DNA of 64,000 nt, taken from NCBI RefSeq assembly GCF_006345805.1, contig NC_043019.1, positions 18,847,360 to 18,911,359 of the forward strand, given 5' to 3'. A program made the position numbers and the translations under genes. Shown here in pieces: positions 26,390 to 40,899 of this stretch. Below the pieces are notes generated by a model. The model was not told the origin of the DNA, searched no databases, and was given only the letters and a program-made list of their open reading frames with translations. Numbering within the stretch: position 1 is the first letter of the stretch; every line of letters begins with the position of its first letter. Origin of the DNA: Octopus sinensis (Eukaryota).

Positions 26390-26830
26390 CAGTCATAATG
26401 CTTATGTCGAATGTGACATTTAAGTCCTGCCAATGATTTGCAAAGAAGGCCATAAATGTTGCAAGTTCAAAGATTACAGGTGAGTGCAGGGGGTATATTT
26501 GTAGCCACTTTTCTCCTTTGCCTTGCACCCCGAAGCCTGTTAATGCTGATTGCAACAAAGTTTTTGATACCATTTTGACACAATGATCTCCATTTTGTTT
26601 GTACCAAGGCTGTTTGCTCAAAGGTGTTGTGAGCTATCTTCATCACTAAGAAGTAACTCTTCAGCTAGTCCTTATATCTGAGCCATGGTTGACCAACATT
26701 CCTGTGTCCACTCTCAAACTGGCTGTAGATGAGGACTTTGGGTATTCTTTTGTCACTCATTCTGATAACATGGCCAGACCAGTGCAATTATGATTGTGTA
26801 AGGAAGCTCTCAGTTCAGCATTAGTATACA
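26390..26830 (-). mobile_element. RTE-BovB-like 3' fragment
   Basis: Manual translation: WSGHVIRM..RIPKVLIY..GQPWLRYKD..KWRSLCQNG..C..CKSLAGLKCHIRH. Confidence 0.65.
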
Positions 26831-26849
26831 CACACACACATGCACATAT

Positions 26850-29400
26850 ATCATCATCATCATCATTGTTTAACATCCACCTTCCATGCCGTCATGGGTT
26901 AGACAGTTTGAAAGGAGCTGGCCAGGCAGAAGACTGCACCAGACTTCTGCGTCTGTTTTGACAGGGTTTTTCTTGCTGGATGCCCTTCCTAAAACAAACC
27001 ACCCAACAGAGTGGACGGAGTGCTTTGTAAGATCAGTTTTGGCATGCTTTTTATGGCTGGATGCCCTTCCAAATGCCAACCACTTTACAATGTGGACTCA
27101 TGTTTTTCGTGTGACACCAGCACTGACAGGGCCACAAAGTAACTTGCAAGACAAAGAACCTTTGAGGGGGAAGGGGGATTTGGGGGAGGTGAGCTTGTGA
27201 TAGAAGATGAAAGGTTAGACTGTGATAGAGAGACAGAAACAGGTGGACTTGCTGTGGAGGAGGTACAAGGTTGCTTGACCAAAGAGAAAGAGAGGTGTGC
27301 TGCTGTAGTGGAGATACATGGTTACCCCAGACAGAGGGAAAAACAAGAGAAAAGGAGAGAGAGAGAGAGTGTGAAAGACAGCAAGGGTGCAAGAGAGAGA
27401 TACTCACGAGGAACAGGGATCAGAACATAGATGGGATGGTCGAGTAAAGGAAGATAAAAGATAGATAGGGGCAAGTGCCAGGGCACACCCTCAAGGTATG
27501 GAGGTCATAATATAAGTGGCAGGATACCACCAAAGAAGCATGGCTAGGGAGTGGGAGATGTAACGAATGCAGTAACTGGTGAGAAGCTGAGTATATAGAA
27601 AGGCTGGTGGGGGGGGACTAGAGGATAGCAATGATATAGTGAGCAGGGCAGTGAGGACAGGATTGGGGAGTGAGAGATAATGATAGGGCACGAAAGAGGA
27701 AATGTGAGGGAAGGAAGAAGAGATGTAGTTTGGTTTGTTGGGGGTAGGGGTGTGTGAAGAGTTTTATTGCTACATGTGGGTGGACACACACAGTGCTTCT
27801 CTCTCTCTCTACATGTATAAGATGTGGTAAAAATAATGGCCATTGGATATTTTCCCTTTATTGAAGTAAATTTGGTTTACAGTTGTTTCCAGTAGTCATT
27901 AGAGGTTCGTTACTGATAGGTTTACTCAATTGGTCCAACTGAGGTAAATTGAATGATGTAAATAATTAATGTTACTTTTGTCAGAGCACTGAAGGAACGG
28001 CAGATGCATGTGATTTGAGGTTTGGTTTCATTGTATGGCAGCTTGGGTAAGTGTTTCCTACTATAGCACTGGGCTGACCAAAACCTTTTTGAGTGGATTT
28101 GGTTGACAGAAACAGAAAGAAGCCCATCATGTGTGTGTGCATTTATCTTGACATTATACAATTATTGTCAGGGGCAGCACCATCAAACAAGTGGCATCCA
28201 TTCCCACATGTCTGGCCATGGGGAAACATTGCTTTACTTGGCAACAGATTTTCCGGCCATAGAAAATCTGTCCCAATAAATTTTGTCTGACCCATGCAAA
28301 TATGGAAGAATAAACATTAAAATAATGCTGATGATGATGATGATGGAAGTGGAAAATTGAAACTAAATACCCTGAAGCACTTTGCCATTCCTGGCACTCA
28401 TCCACAGTAATATTAAGGATATGTCATTATCATCATCATCATTTAACGTCCATGTTCCCTGCTAGCATGGGTGGGCCAGAACCACAAGAGTCGGCCAGGC
28501 TGAAGCCTGCACCAGACTTCTGTGACTGTTTTGGCAGGATTTTTAAACACCAACCACTCAGCTGAGGGGACTTTGTGCTTTTTATGTGGTACAAGCACAG
28601 GCAAGGTCAGCTTTGGTAAGGTTTTTACAGTTGGATGCCCTTCCAAACACCAACTACTTTACAGTGTGGACTGGGTGCTTTTAAGTGGCACCTGCACTGA
28701 CAGGGTCACCAGGTACTTGCAAGACAAAAACTTTTAAGAGGGGAGGAGACATTGGAGGAGGTGATCTTGTGTCGGATGATGAAAAGGTTATAGTGAGACA
28801 GATGCAGGTGTCTTGCTGTAGAGGAAGTACAAGGTTACCTGGTCGGAGAGAGAAAGATCAGGAGTGAGGACAGAAACAGGTGTGCTGCCACAAAGGAGAT
28901 ACATGGTTTCCCAACCTGAGGGAAGTGCAGGAGAAGGAGAGAGAGTGTGGGAGATGGTGACATACTCACAAGGAACAGGGATCAGAGTATAAATGAGATG
29001 GTTGAGTAAAGGAAGAGAGAGAGAGAGAGATGGTGGCAAGTGCCACTTGAGGTTCAAATGCCATAATATAAGTGGCAGGATATTATGAAGAAAGTGTGAT
29101 GAAAGAGTGCGAGTAGGTGGCAAAAGACCTGGGTATGTGTGGAGTGGGTGGGCAATCGGATAGCAACGATACAGAACAGGGGTGTGAGGACAGGATTGGG
29201 GATTGATAGCTAGGCATAGTGAATGAAGGAGGAAATACAAGAAGGAGAAGAGGGGTAGATTGTTTGTTGGGGTAGGGTGAGGGAGACGTTACATGTGGGT
29301 GGAACACCCAGGCTGGGGACAAGCAGAGAGCGATGATACAATGGCACCAGGCCAAGAGGATAACATTGGGGAGTGGGAGGTAATCGTAGTATGCTACTTT
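26850..29400 (-). repeat. Two diverged copies (26850-27800 and 28420-29400) of a purine-rich repeat ending in the RTE-type tail
   Basis: Collinear blocks (GACAAA..GGGGAGG..TACAAGGTT..GAGATACATGGTT..GGAACAGGGATCAG..GGCAAGTGCCA) in both copies. Confidence 0.6.
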
Positions 29401-30029
29401 ATAAGTTTTGAACTAGCAATAGCCACATAGAAATATCTTTTGGTGGCCACCACCTCTGCAAGTTTCCATTGTCTTACTGTACATGATACTTCTGTCAACT
29501 ATTATTAACAATAATCAGACCAAATACAACCTGATGGATTGGCAACAGCTTGAAATAATAATAAACCAAACAAAGTTAGAATACAACTCTTAGAATTGAT
29601 TTCTCGTCTTACGACAATTAACGTGGCAGAAGCAACAAACTGTTGTATACAAAGTATTTTGCTTCTTCCTTTGAGATTCTGAGTTCAAACCTCCAAAGGA
29701 GCAAATTTAACACTCATTAAATTCTTAAAAGATAAAATAAATACTACATTTATCCTTATTTATCAGAAGGGGTTTGGTAAAAAAAAAACATAGCAATAAA
29801 TGAACCGTCATCTTTAAGGCAGAATGGTCAGCATGCCAGGCAAAATGGCTTGGCAGCATTTTGTCTGTCTTTACAATCTGAATTCAAATTTTATTGAGGT
29901 TGACTTTACCTTTCATCCTTTCGGGGTCAATAAAATAAAGGACCAGTTGAGCACTGGAGTCAATATAATCAACTTTACCCCTCCACCAAAGTTGCTGGTT
30001 TTGTGCCAAAATTTGAACCCCATAAATAA

Positions 30030-30240
30030 ATCAGCTCCCTGCACTTTGGAAATGGAATGAATGGAAGATTCCTTGGCACCAAACTCACCGCAGCAACTCT
30101 TCCACCATCACATATTTTCTGGATAATCTCAACCTTTTCCTGCAGAGAATAAACTCACCTGCATCATTTGTTAGGCTGAGGTGCCTTCATATATTTCCTA
30201 TTCACTGGTCCCGTGTTGATGGGTACAAATATGCAGCCTC
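30030..30240 (-). mobile_element. Tigger-like transposase N-terminal HTH fragment
   Basis: LSLQEKVEIIQK..G.RVAAV..FG..ESSI-like translation, frameshifted. Confidence 0.4.
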
Positions 30241-30349
30241 CAAGCATGGTCATGTAAACACAAGTGATAGTCAGAGCATTCTGGGTGGCTGAATATTGTG
30301 GGTGGTTGCTCTGAAAATTAGACCCAGCCTTATATTAATTTTGCATCCA

Positions 30350-31950
30350 AAAAATGCACTAGGGCTTATTTTCAGGGGGTGTGTTATATTCTTTTGGAAA
30401 AAATCCAAGAATGACAAAAAAAGTCTTATGTCCTCGTGTAAAAGGAAAAAAATTATAAAAAGGAAACCCATGTTTTTAGTTATCAAAAGTTTATTTATTT
30501 GTTTATTGTTTTTAGTCAAGTACAAACATTTCATCCTCTTCTGGAACATCGTCACAAATCATCGAAACCCTGAATTTCTTGCAAAACCATTTCCTGAAGA
30601 ATCATGGATCCCAATCTCTCATGTCTGGCAATATAACTTTCCTTAAATGAACACTTTTTGTCCAAGTACCCTGCTCGTAATGCATTGGCAACACAACTGT
30701 CGGTAAGTTTATTCCATGAATTCTTCACCCAATTCATGACTTCTTGGAGGTTGCATTTGACAAAGTTTCCACGCTGATTTTTCTCCATTCTATGTTCAAT
30801 ATATTCATTCACTTTCATCCGCAAATAATCCTTGAAGGGCTTGTTTATTTCAAGATCTAATGTTTGTAGATATGAAGTCATTTCCATGGGAATTATTATG
30901 TTGTCAATTCTTCTTTCAGAAACGAAGGTTTTCATATCTTTTGCGTGATGAGTACTGGCTGAATTCCAGACCTCTTTCAGAACCATGTAAAGCAAGTGGC
31001 ATAATTAAACCAACCCATTTTCTTATAACAGCTTGTGTGCACCAAGCCTTTTCCATTTCAAGGACATAAATGCCTGAAAGTTGTTCAATTTTCTCTTTTC
31101 TGCCTTTTGTGATGATAAGCGGTGGGACTTTCGTTCCATCAAGACGAATTGCTAAGATACAAGTAACTTTTGCACTTTCGTATCCCATTAAGGCAACGTA
31201 GATTAACGAGGCCCTTGTCTGTTCAATTGTCATTTTAGATCCTTGGCTCATGAATACTGCAGTCTCATCCATAGTAATTATATTGGAGAGATTGTATTTA
31301 GTAAAGTCGATGCTATCAACGAAGGACATGGATGCAAGTGTACGTTGATTCACTTCAGCATCCTCTCCAGCTTGAATAATGCCAGTCTTCTTAGAGAGAG
31401 CTCATATCACTGAAGGAAGTTATCCAACCAATGAAGTGATGCTTTGAATATCAACTGTAGTGCCATTGCAAGAGAAAATTCTTGAATATCAGCCCTGAGT
31501 ACAACCAAAGCCTTCTGTCAGCAATCCATCCCGAGGTGATATCTTCCAGCTCCAAAAATATTGGTTGTTGACCTGATCTATACTTGCACTCCTTAGCACT
31601 TCTCTCATCCAATCTGTCTGTTGAGATTATCATACTCTACTCACCATTTTCAAAACATTTGGAGATCCAACATCTTCTTACAGAAAGCCATAAGATTCTT
31701 GCTATGTGACTCTTCCACAATTCTTTTCCTGTACTCCACAGAATAACTCTTTCTTTTTGCACTCATCTTGCCTGTGGGGGTGGGTGGGTGTCAAATAATG
31801 TCAGTTAGCTCCATGCATGTGCGCTTAGCGCAGACTTTAGCCAAGCTGCAGCAGTCGGTTTATTTTGCAAACATCACAAGGTCTTGCTAACAAGCTGATG
31901 CATTTTTGACTAGCTCTTATTTTTGGGGTAGGGCGTATATTAAAAACAAG
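30350..31950 (-). mobile_element. pogo/CENP-B-family DDE transposon relic
   Basis: G.QPIFLELED..WI (HTH); IITMDETAV; VTCILAI..DGTKVPPLII; W(N)SASTH; LQTLDLEINKPFKDYLR. Split over several frames. Confidence 0.85.
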
Positions 31951-32824
31951 AAAAAAATATAACTCCAAGGGGAGAGGAAGATTCCAAGGGCCCACCCCAC
32001 TCTGACTTTGATGGAAAAAGGTCTTTGCAGTATATTAGGAGATGAGATTAGTTGACAGAACAAGAAAAAAGAAAAACAAGGAAAAAGCATTATTTCACAC
32101 TGAAATCGAGTTGTGTGTTGTTAAATTATAAATTTAAACTACATCTAAACTATGCCATTTAAAAATATTCTGGCAAAAATCGGAAAGAAATTTAACAAGA
32201 TCCCAAAGAAACTTTTATTTGTTGCATATTGTTACGCTAAAAGAGATATACATAAAATGCAAATTAATAATAATTATTAATTAGAATTTTTTAGAAGACA
32301 ATTATATACTTATCAATTTTTTTTTTTTTCTATAAGCTCTGTTGTAAGACATAGTTCTGTCTGTGTGGCAGGAACTTTATTCCTTAGCTATCTGTTGCTG
32401 GATTGAGCACCAAATTTTTCCTACTATAGCCCCCATGTGTGTGTGTGTGTGTGTTTGTTTGTGTTGCTGTGTGTTTGAGCTTGTCCAAAACCTGAATGGG
32501 TACCAATGCTAAGAGATTTTCTCTTTTGAACAAGAGACAAGAAATTTTATCTCACCTCCTCCATCCTTTGTCTCTCCCACTATATACACACACACATGTG
32601 TGTGTGTATTTATACAATTCCCCACAAAATAGAAATACATATACATACAACCATACACATAAATACAAAGACCTCAACCAAACCACTCTCAAAAATAATT
32701 TTAACCTTTGTAGCCAAAATACTGAGTACTGAATTCTTTTACAACTAAACATCCATTTAGCCTTTTGCTTTTATCATTTAAAAATTTTTTTGCTTTCCTT
32801 AATACATATGTACATACATATATT

Positions 32825-32877
<53 letters not shown>

Positions 32878-32934
32878 TATTTGGCCCTTTTCGCCTATGC
32901 AGACGGTCAAAGTAGCTTAGAGTTCCCTTCATTG

Positions 32935-35650
32935 AACATATCAGGGGCTCCCCTTCTTGCTGCTTCTTCCTATGATTGAAGCACAGCTTCTGTCATACAG
33001 CTTCTTGCCTACCAAGAGGCTGGCTCGGTGCTCTGCATTTCTCTTGTTTTCCTTTCGCTGCTGATGCTTCTCAACTTGTTTGTTTCTGTAGCTGCTCTCC
33101 AACAAAGCAGTTCCTTCCTTCACCACAGTCCTCCATGTTGTTCTCTCCTCAGCCCTCTCTTCCCAGGTGCTGACATCCACCTCACACTTGGACAAACTAG
33201 TTTTGCAAGTGTCCATCTACCACAGTTTTGGTCTTCCCCTTGGTCTCTTGCCCTGGGCCAGTTCTCCATAGAGTAGTTGCTTTGGGATTCGATGGTCATC
33301 CATTCTCCTGACAGGCCCCAGCCACCTCAGTCTTCTCATACACAAGATAGCTGTCATGCTTTGAAGATTCGTCTCCGCCAGCACTTCAACATTGGTGACC
33401 TTGTCACGCCTTGTTAGGTCTAAGATCTTGCGAAGGCATCTGAGATGGAAGATGCCGAGGCACCTTTCCTGTCTGCTGTACAAGGTCCATGTCTCAGATC
33501 CACAGAGGAGTGTGCGGAGAACACATGCTTCATAAATCCTGATCTTTGTCTTGATGTCTAATCTCTTCTTCTTCCATACTCGCTTTGTCAGCCTTCCAAA
33601 AGTTGTTGCTGCCTTCCCTATCCTGACATTAATCTCATCATCAAGTGAAGTACTTGAGGAACAGTAGACCCTGGATAGCAGAACCTGTCCACTGTCTCAA
33701 GCTCTTTGTCATCAAGCTTTATGTGGCCTTTCGCTGCGCCCTCCTGAATGAGGATGACTGTCTTCTTTACACTGATGACCAAACCGAAGGCCTTGCATGC
33801 TGATGACCGGTGGTCCATCGTTATTTGTAGACTTAATTCCTTGTGAGCAACAAGTGCCGCATCGTCGGCAAAGAGAAAGTCTCTTATTGTTGCTCTATTG
33901 ATATTGGTCTTGGCCCAAAGTCTAGAAAGATCAAAGAGTGACCCATCAGTTCTCCAACAAAGGCAGACATCCCTTGGCAACTCTTGAAATGCCTACTGCA
34001 GCAATACAGCAAAGTAAATGCTGAAAAGGTTTGGTGCTAAGACACAACCTTGTTTTACTCCGCTGTTGATGTTGAAGCTATTTGATGATATTAAGCTGTC
34101 AAACTGAATGGTGGCCTCCATGTCATCATGGAATGAAACAATGTGCTGCTGCAGTATTGGGGGACAGCCACATTTCCCAAGCACCATGTACAGTCCTGAT
34201 CTGCTGACTGTATCAAATGCCTTTGTCAGATCGACAAATGCTATCTATATATAGTGGGAATCACTGCTCCCTGCATTTTTCTTGTAGTTGACGAATGGAG
34301 AAGATCACATCCATTGTTGAGCGGTTGGATCTAAAGCCGCACTGGCTCTCTGGTAGTACTCTTTCTGCTGGCTTCTGAAGTCGTTTCAGAATGAACCTCG
34401 CAAAAGCTTTTCCAATGATGCTCAGAAGTGAGATGCCTCTGTAGTTATTGCAATCTCCCTTGTCCCCTTTATTTTTGTAGAGAGTGATGATCTTGGGATC
34501 TCTCATATCCTGTGGAATTTTTACTTCCAACGAACACATCTTTAGTAACTTGTATAAATGTAGAAGGAGGGCATCTTTTTCCTCTTTCAACACTTCAGCA
34601 GGTATATTGTCATTTCCAGGTGCTTTTCCGCTTGCAAGTTCGTCGATTGCAGTGGAGAGTTCTTCTTCCGTTGGTGGTATATCAAGTTCTGTCATTTCAG
34701 GGAGCTGAGGAATGGCCCCATCAAGCTGTCTATCAACATCTCACACCTTTGTCTACAATTGAATGGAATGTTCCTCCCATCTTTCCATTTGTTTCTTCTT
34801 GTCCGTCAGCTGGTCACCTGTCGCAGACTTGAGAGGTGCCACTTTACTCACTCTTGGTCCGATAGCAACTCTGATCTTCTCATACATTTTCCTAATGTTA
34901 CCCATGTCACTCGCCTGTTGAATTTCTAAGCATAATTTATCCCAGGACTGGTTGGCACATTTTCTAGTTTCTTTTTGAAGGCTGGATTTTGCAGCATGTA
35001 CCTGTTGCTTTCTACTTTCTCTTGTGCTTTATGAAGATCTTGCGCTTTTTCTCAAGTAATGGCATTAGTATTGATGCACTGGCTTTGATCCAGTCCTCCT
35101 TGGAAAGTCGATCCGTTCCAAAGGCCCTCGATGCAGAATCATATATTGCTGATTTCATGTTGTTCCACATGTCATCAGGGGATGAGCTATCTAGGTTTTG
35201 GAGCTGTTCTTCAACATATTCTTGAAATTTGGCTCTCATTGCTGGATCTTGGGTGATTTTTGTGTTGATCTTAGGTTTCTTTGGTTTTTCGGCTCTTGGT
35301 ATTTTCTTTGTGACCATCTTTACCTTGGCTATAACCATCAGATGATCTGTGTTACAGTCTGTACTGTGGAAGGATCTTGTTTGCTTCACAGTGCTGACAT
35401 CATTCTTTCTGATGATGACGAAGTCAATCTGGTGCCAATGACCTGATCTTGGATGGCACCAAGAAACTTTATGCTGGTCTTTGCATTGTAGAAGGTGCTT
35501 GCAATGCACAGGTTACTTGTGCAGAATTCTAAGAGTCTCTGGCCATTCAAATTGATTTTCCCCAGTCCAAACTGTCCAAGGCAGTTGGGCCATGCTTGGT
35601 GATCAGCGCCTACTCTTGCATTGAAATCACCCATGAGAAAGAGTTGGTCT
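32935..35650 (-). mobile_element. RTE-BovB-like LINE (APE C-terminus plus RT), degraded
   Basis: GDFNARVG, HWHQIDF, DCNTDH, GKAPGND, NYRGISLLS, ESQCGFR, GVKQGCVLAP, FLFADD, RLRWLG..RIPKQLLYGEL. Confidence 0.92.
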
Positions 35651-35719
35651 GCTTTTTTATTTCAACAAAGTGTATTTTATATAGATTAGTAGTTAGCGAC
35701 TACATAGATTAGTAATTAG

Positions 35720-38430
35720 TGACTTCAGGATCAGGGCTAAATGGATGCCCAGAAGAAGACAAGCCTTGAGGAGAAGGGTCTGGAAGCTTAAAGACCCTGC
35801 AAATGGGCAGAGATTTAGAGACGTATTACTTGAAGCCTTTGACGAAATAGAAGGGGATATAGCATCACATGGGGTAGAAAACAACTGGAGGTTTCTACGG
35901 GACAACCTGCTGAGAGCCACTGACCAGATTTGTGGCTGGTGCAAAGTCCCCTCTCGACCCAAAATAACGTGGTGGTGGAACAATGTTCTTGACAGGGGTA
36001 TTAGAGAAAAGAAACAAGCTTGGAAGGACTGGAAGAATGGTGGTAGCAGGGAATTGTATCAGACTGCCAGAAGGGAAGCTAGGAGGCAGGTTTATTTAGC
36101 CAGAGGGGAAGCAGATAAGAAAAAATTTGCCAATGTTCTGCGCCGTGAGGACCAAAGACTTGAGGTATTTCGTGTTGCAAGACAGTGTGCGAGAGAGAAT
36201 TGTGATGTTGTAGGAGAGAAATATGTCCGTATGGATGATAGTTTACTTGCACTAAACGAGGTTGCAAAGAGAGAGGTTTGGAGACGCCACTATGAAAGGT
36301 TGCTGAATAAAGAAAATGAATGGGAGAAAGAGAATTTGCCAAATGTTGATCCAACAGAGGAACCAGCTATCCAAATTGACAGTACCTTGGTAGATAAAGC
36401 AATCAAGAGTATGAAGGCAGGGAAAGCCCCAGGCCCATCAGGAATCACTGCAGAGATGCTCAAAATATCTGGCAGTGTCGGCTATAGCCTAGTCACCTGC
36501 ATAGTTAACCAGGTGATACACGAAGGAGTCATACCCAATGACTGGTGTAGCAGCACTGTAGTCAACTGCTATAAAGGAAAAGGTGACGCTTTAGATACAA
36601 ATAATTACAGAGGTATCAAGTTGCTGGATCAAGTAATGAAGGTCACGGAGAGGGTCATAGCCCAACTAATTAGAGAGAGAGTCAGTTTAGATAAGATGCA
36701 GTTTGGGTTCGTGCCAGGGAAAAGCACCACTGATGCTATATTCCTGGTAAGACAGCTGCAGGAGAAATACCTAGCCAAAGATAAACCTCTGTACCTGGCT
36801 TTTGTTGACATGGAGAAAGCCTTTGACAGGGTCCCCCAATCCCTTATCTGGTGGTTAATGAGGAAATTAGGGATAGATGAATAGTTAGTGAGAGCTGTGC
36901 AAGCCATGTACAGGGATGCTGTTAGTAAGGTGAGGGTTGGCAACGAGTACAATGAAGAATTCCAGGTAGAGGTAGGGGTCCACCAAGGTTCATTCCTCAG
37001 CCCCCTCCTAGTTCTCCAGGCAATAACAGAGGGATTCAAGACTGGATGCCCCTGGGAGATCCTCTATGCTGATGACCTTGCTCTAATTGCTGAGTCACTA
37101 TCAGAACTGGAGGAGAAGTTTCAGGTGTGGAAGCAAGGATTAGAATCGAGGGCCTTAGAGTCAACCTAGCTAAAACAAAAGTCCTAATAAGTAGGAAGGT
37201 AGACAAACCACAAACGCCCTCAGGTAGATGGCCCTGCTTGATCTGTAGAAAAGGCGTAGATAGAAACTCTATAAGATGTACCCAGTGTAAGCTATGGACA
37301 CATAAGAGGTGCAGCAATGTCAAAGGAAGGCTAACTAGGAAGATAGTTTTTGTATGTGGCAGATGCTCAGGAGCAATAAACACTGAAAATGTGCAGAGAA
37401 CAACTTCTGTCACATTCCAGGGAGAAAAACTAGAAGTAGTTGATAGCTTCTGTTACCTAGGTGACCAAGTTAATAGCGGGGGCGGGTGTGCTGAAAGTGT
37501 AACTGCTAGAGTAAGAATAGCTTGGGCAGAGTTCAGAGAGCTCTTACCTCTGCTGGTGACAAAAGGCCTCTCGCTCAGAGTAAAAGGTAGACTGTATGAT
37601 GCGTGTGTACGAACAGCCATGCTACATGGTAGTGAAACATGGGCTGTGACTGCTGAGGATATGCGTAAGCTCGCAAGAAATGAAGCCAGTATGCTCCGAT
37701 GGATGTGTAGTGTCAGTGTTCATACTTGACAGCGTGTAAGTACCTTGAGAGAAAAGTTGAACCTTAGAAGCATCAGTTGTGGGGTGCAAGAGAGACGACT
37801 GTGCTGGTATGGTCATGTGGCGAGAATGGATGAAGATAGTTGTGTGAAAAAGTGTCACACCCTAGCAGTTGAGGGAACCTGTGGAAGAGGTAGACCCAGA
37901 AAAACCTGGGACGAGGTGGTGAGCACAACCTTTGAACATTAGGCCTCACCGAGGCAATGATTAGTGACCGAAACCTTCGGAAATATGTTGTGCGTGAGAA
38001 GACCCGGCAGGACAAGTGAGTCCATAACCCGTGGCCTTTGCCAGGGATGTAGCCAGCCACCTTTCATTCTCTGGACACAAAACTCTGCTTGCGAAGACCT
38101 GTTGGGGCAGGTGATATCGAAATTGAACCAAATTCGATGACTGGCACCCGATTGTTGCCAGTGCCGCTGGACTGGTTCCTGTGCAGGTGGCACATAAGAA
38201 ACACCACTTGAGCATAGGCGTTGCCAGTACCGCCTGACTGGCTCTTGTGCCAGTGGCATGTAAAAGCACCTACTACACTCTTGAAGTGGTTGGCGTTAGG
38301 AAGGGCATCCAGCTGTAGAAACTCTGTCAGATAAATTGGAGCCTGGTGCAGCCATCTGGTTTGCCAGTCAGTCAAATCGTCCAACCCATGCTAGCATGGA
38401 AAGTGGACGTTAAACGATGAGGATGATATA
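35720..38430 (+). mobile_element. RTE LINE of the same family as the 22.8 kb copy, longer, with a few disabling mutations
   Basis: 379-aa ORF, then TGA at 36882-36884 and frameshifts; full RT motifs, 3' UTR and tail. Confidence 0.95.
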
Positions 38431-38436
38431 TATAGG

Positions 38437-38606
38437 TGCAGGAGTGACTGTGTGGTAAGAAGCTTGCTTCCCAAGCACATGCTTCTGGGTTCAGTCCCAC
38501 TGCGTGGCACCTTGGGCAAGTGTCTTCTAGTATAGCCTTGGGTCAACCAAAGCCTTGTGAGTGGATTTGTTAAATGGAAGTTGAAAGAAGCCTGTCGTAT
38601 ACATAC

Positions 38607-38664
<58 letters not shown>

Positions 38665-38860
38665 TTGTGTGTGTCTGTTAGTCACTTTACCATTGGTTGA
38701 CAACTGATGTTGGTGTGTTTATGTCCCCATAACTTAGTGGTTCGGCAAAGAGACCGATAGAATAAGTACTAGGCTTACAAAGAATAAGTCCTGGGGTTGA
38801 TTTGGTTCAACTAAAGGTGGTGCTCCAGCATGGCCACAGTCAAATCACTGAAACAAATAA
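38437..38860 (+). mobile_element. tRNA-derived SINE (near full length; second copy at 49737-50105, many fragments elsewhere)
   Basis: Head GTGTGGTAAGAAGCTTGCTTCCC..GGGTTCAGTCCCACTG (A/B boxes), internal microsatellite, tail GCTCCAGCATGGCCACAGTCAAA..GAAACAA. Confidence 0.75.
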
Positions 38861-39160
38861 AAAAAAAAGAATACATAAAATACACCGTATTGGAATAAAG
38901 TTTCCCCCAAATTACACAAATTTATAGAAACTGTCCCACAAAACACGTGCAGACATACAATTCGAACGCGACATACTCTCACAGACACACAAATATTTTA
39001 GCCAAACATCCCCATAAACACTCCCAAACATTCACATACAAACAAAAATTAGATGTGAAAATGTAAGTGACACATTAAGCTATATAAATATGTAGACGAT
39101 AAGTAGGCAGATCTTTTATTTTGATGTGTTTTAAAAGACGGACGAGAGAAATTTGTACGA

Positions 39161-39260
39161 AAGTAAATACCGGAAGTGAAACCCTTGAAACGTAAAGCGG
39201 GAAGCATTTCTGTCGACTTTGGACTTCGTCGAGAGAGAAATATCTTTAGGAAGGTAAATC
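39161..39260 (+). promoter_or_regulatory. Putative NSMCE1 promoter and non-coding first exon
   Basis: ETS-type CCGGAAGTG at 39170-39178 in a CpG-retaining segment; donor AAG|GTAAAT at 39254; candidate acceptors at 46102 and 46121 just upstream of the NSMCE1 ATG. Linking it to NSMCE1 is inference. Confidence 0.45.
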
Positions 39261-39457
39261 TTTAGTTTCACAATTCAATGGTTTACTTATCGTTTCTTCT
39301 TATCAATGGCTTTCTTTTCTTTAAAGTCTCCTTGCCCTCCACCAAACTGGATGTAAACAGACACAACCCAAGTCCACGTCTCTCTCGGATGCACAGAAAC
39401 AGGTCAAAAGTGGAATAAATCAACCATTGGTTGGGGGGGGGGAAGGAGTATCTGGTC

Positions 39458-39624
39458 GGGACTACTTGAGAACAGCGGTCCCGGTGCGCGCACTCGTGCT
39501 AGCTAGTCGTGACTAGTCGATCCTGCGACTACCGAGCAAAGTAAATAAAACAAAGTAAGGATCGACTAGTCACGACTAGCTAGCGCGAGTGCACGCACCG
39601 GGACCACTGTTCTCAAGTTGTAGC
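39458..39624. mobile_element. 167-bp foldback MITE with 9-bp TSD (Mutator- or Merlin-like)
   Basis: About 67-bp inverted arms and a 33-bp spacer; flanks TATCTGGTC and TATTTGGCC. Confidence 0.8.
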
Positions 39625-40115
39625 TATTTGGCCTTTGCTGGTCGCCTTGATGTCTGAACTGATGTGGACAATTATTGTCACAATCCCTGTAAATAGTTTT
39701 GTAGGCCAAAGATGAAGGGTCAAGTAACGAGTTATCGAACAATAAAGGGTCAAGTTATAGAATATACAAGTAAAAGACAGGGAAACGATTGGGAAACCCC
39801 GAATGTCTTCGATGTCTTCGGCTGATTGTCTTTTATTCGTCGATAGAAGATGAGTAAACTTTGCACACCTGGAGAGATAGGTTCACTTGGTCTGATGTAG
39901 ACAGAAGGACATTAGGGAGCAGAACTCCCTAATATTATTATTATTATATCGTTTCTGTTTATTATATATTGATCATTCATTTTATACTTTTTAAGATCTG
40001 GTTATAAGTTTTATGTTTTATAAAAATATATTTTATTTGTTTTTTATGTTTTGGTTGATGTCTATCACTGTTTGAGTTGCATGATAGTGGTTTTATCTCT
40101 AATTTATATTTTATA

Positions 40116-40172
<57 letters not shown>

Positions 40173-40899
40173 GTAATCGAAACAACAGCCATATAGATAT
40201 GTATATGTGTGTGTATGGATATATATATATATAGATAGATAAATAGGTAAACTTTATGTGTGTGTGTGTGTGTAGTGTCGAATATGTACGTAAACAATCT
40301 CCAGTACGAAACTCCAGGGACCACATAACCAATCTCAGGCTGGAATCTCCGAATGTCTCCAAAAATTGTAACGTGTGAAATATGCTAAAAAAAAAAAAGC
40401 GGTCAAGTAAATTTAATTAGTTACAATAATCACAGATTCCTCAATTGCCTCATGATATATATTATTGTAAATGTGTGGAATTCTAACCCAAATTAATCAA
40501 AGTGATCACTTCTATAAAACGATGACATCTTCATAAATTGAGTGTAACATGTGGTCATTATGTGGCTCCAAGGTAAAGTTGTCAAATACGAACAACATAA
40601 GCATTATAGATATTGGGCGGCGGTTGTAGGCATCTCGTTTCTGTGTGGTCCCTTCTGTTTGCCTTTCTGAAATAGGGATGATATTTATGTTGTTATTGAA
40701 CAACTTCGCTCAATAAACAAAACAAGAAGGAATATTAAGTTTTTAGCGAAGTTTGTGTGCAGAGATGTGTAGGGAAACATTAATTTGACTAATTCCGTTC
40801 CATTTATTATATTAGACTTAGATATATACATATTTAAGTATATATGCTTAGTGGAGCGACTATGTGACAACAGATCAACCTTTGGCCTCTCATTCTCCA

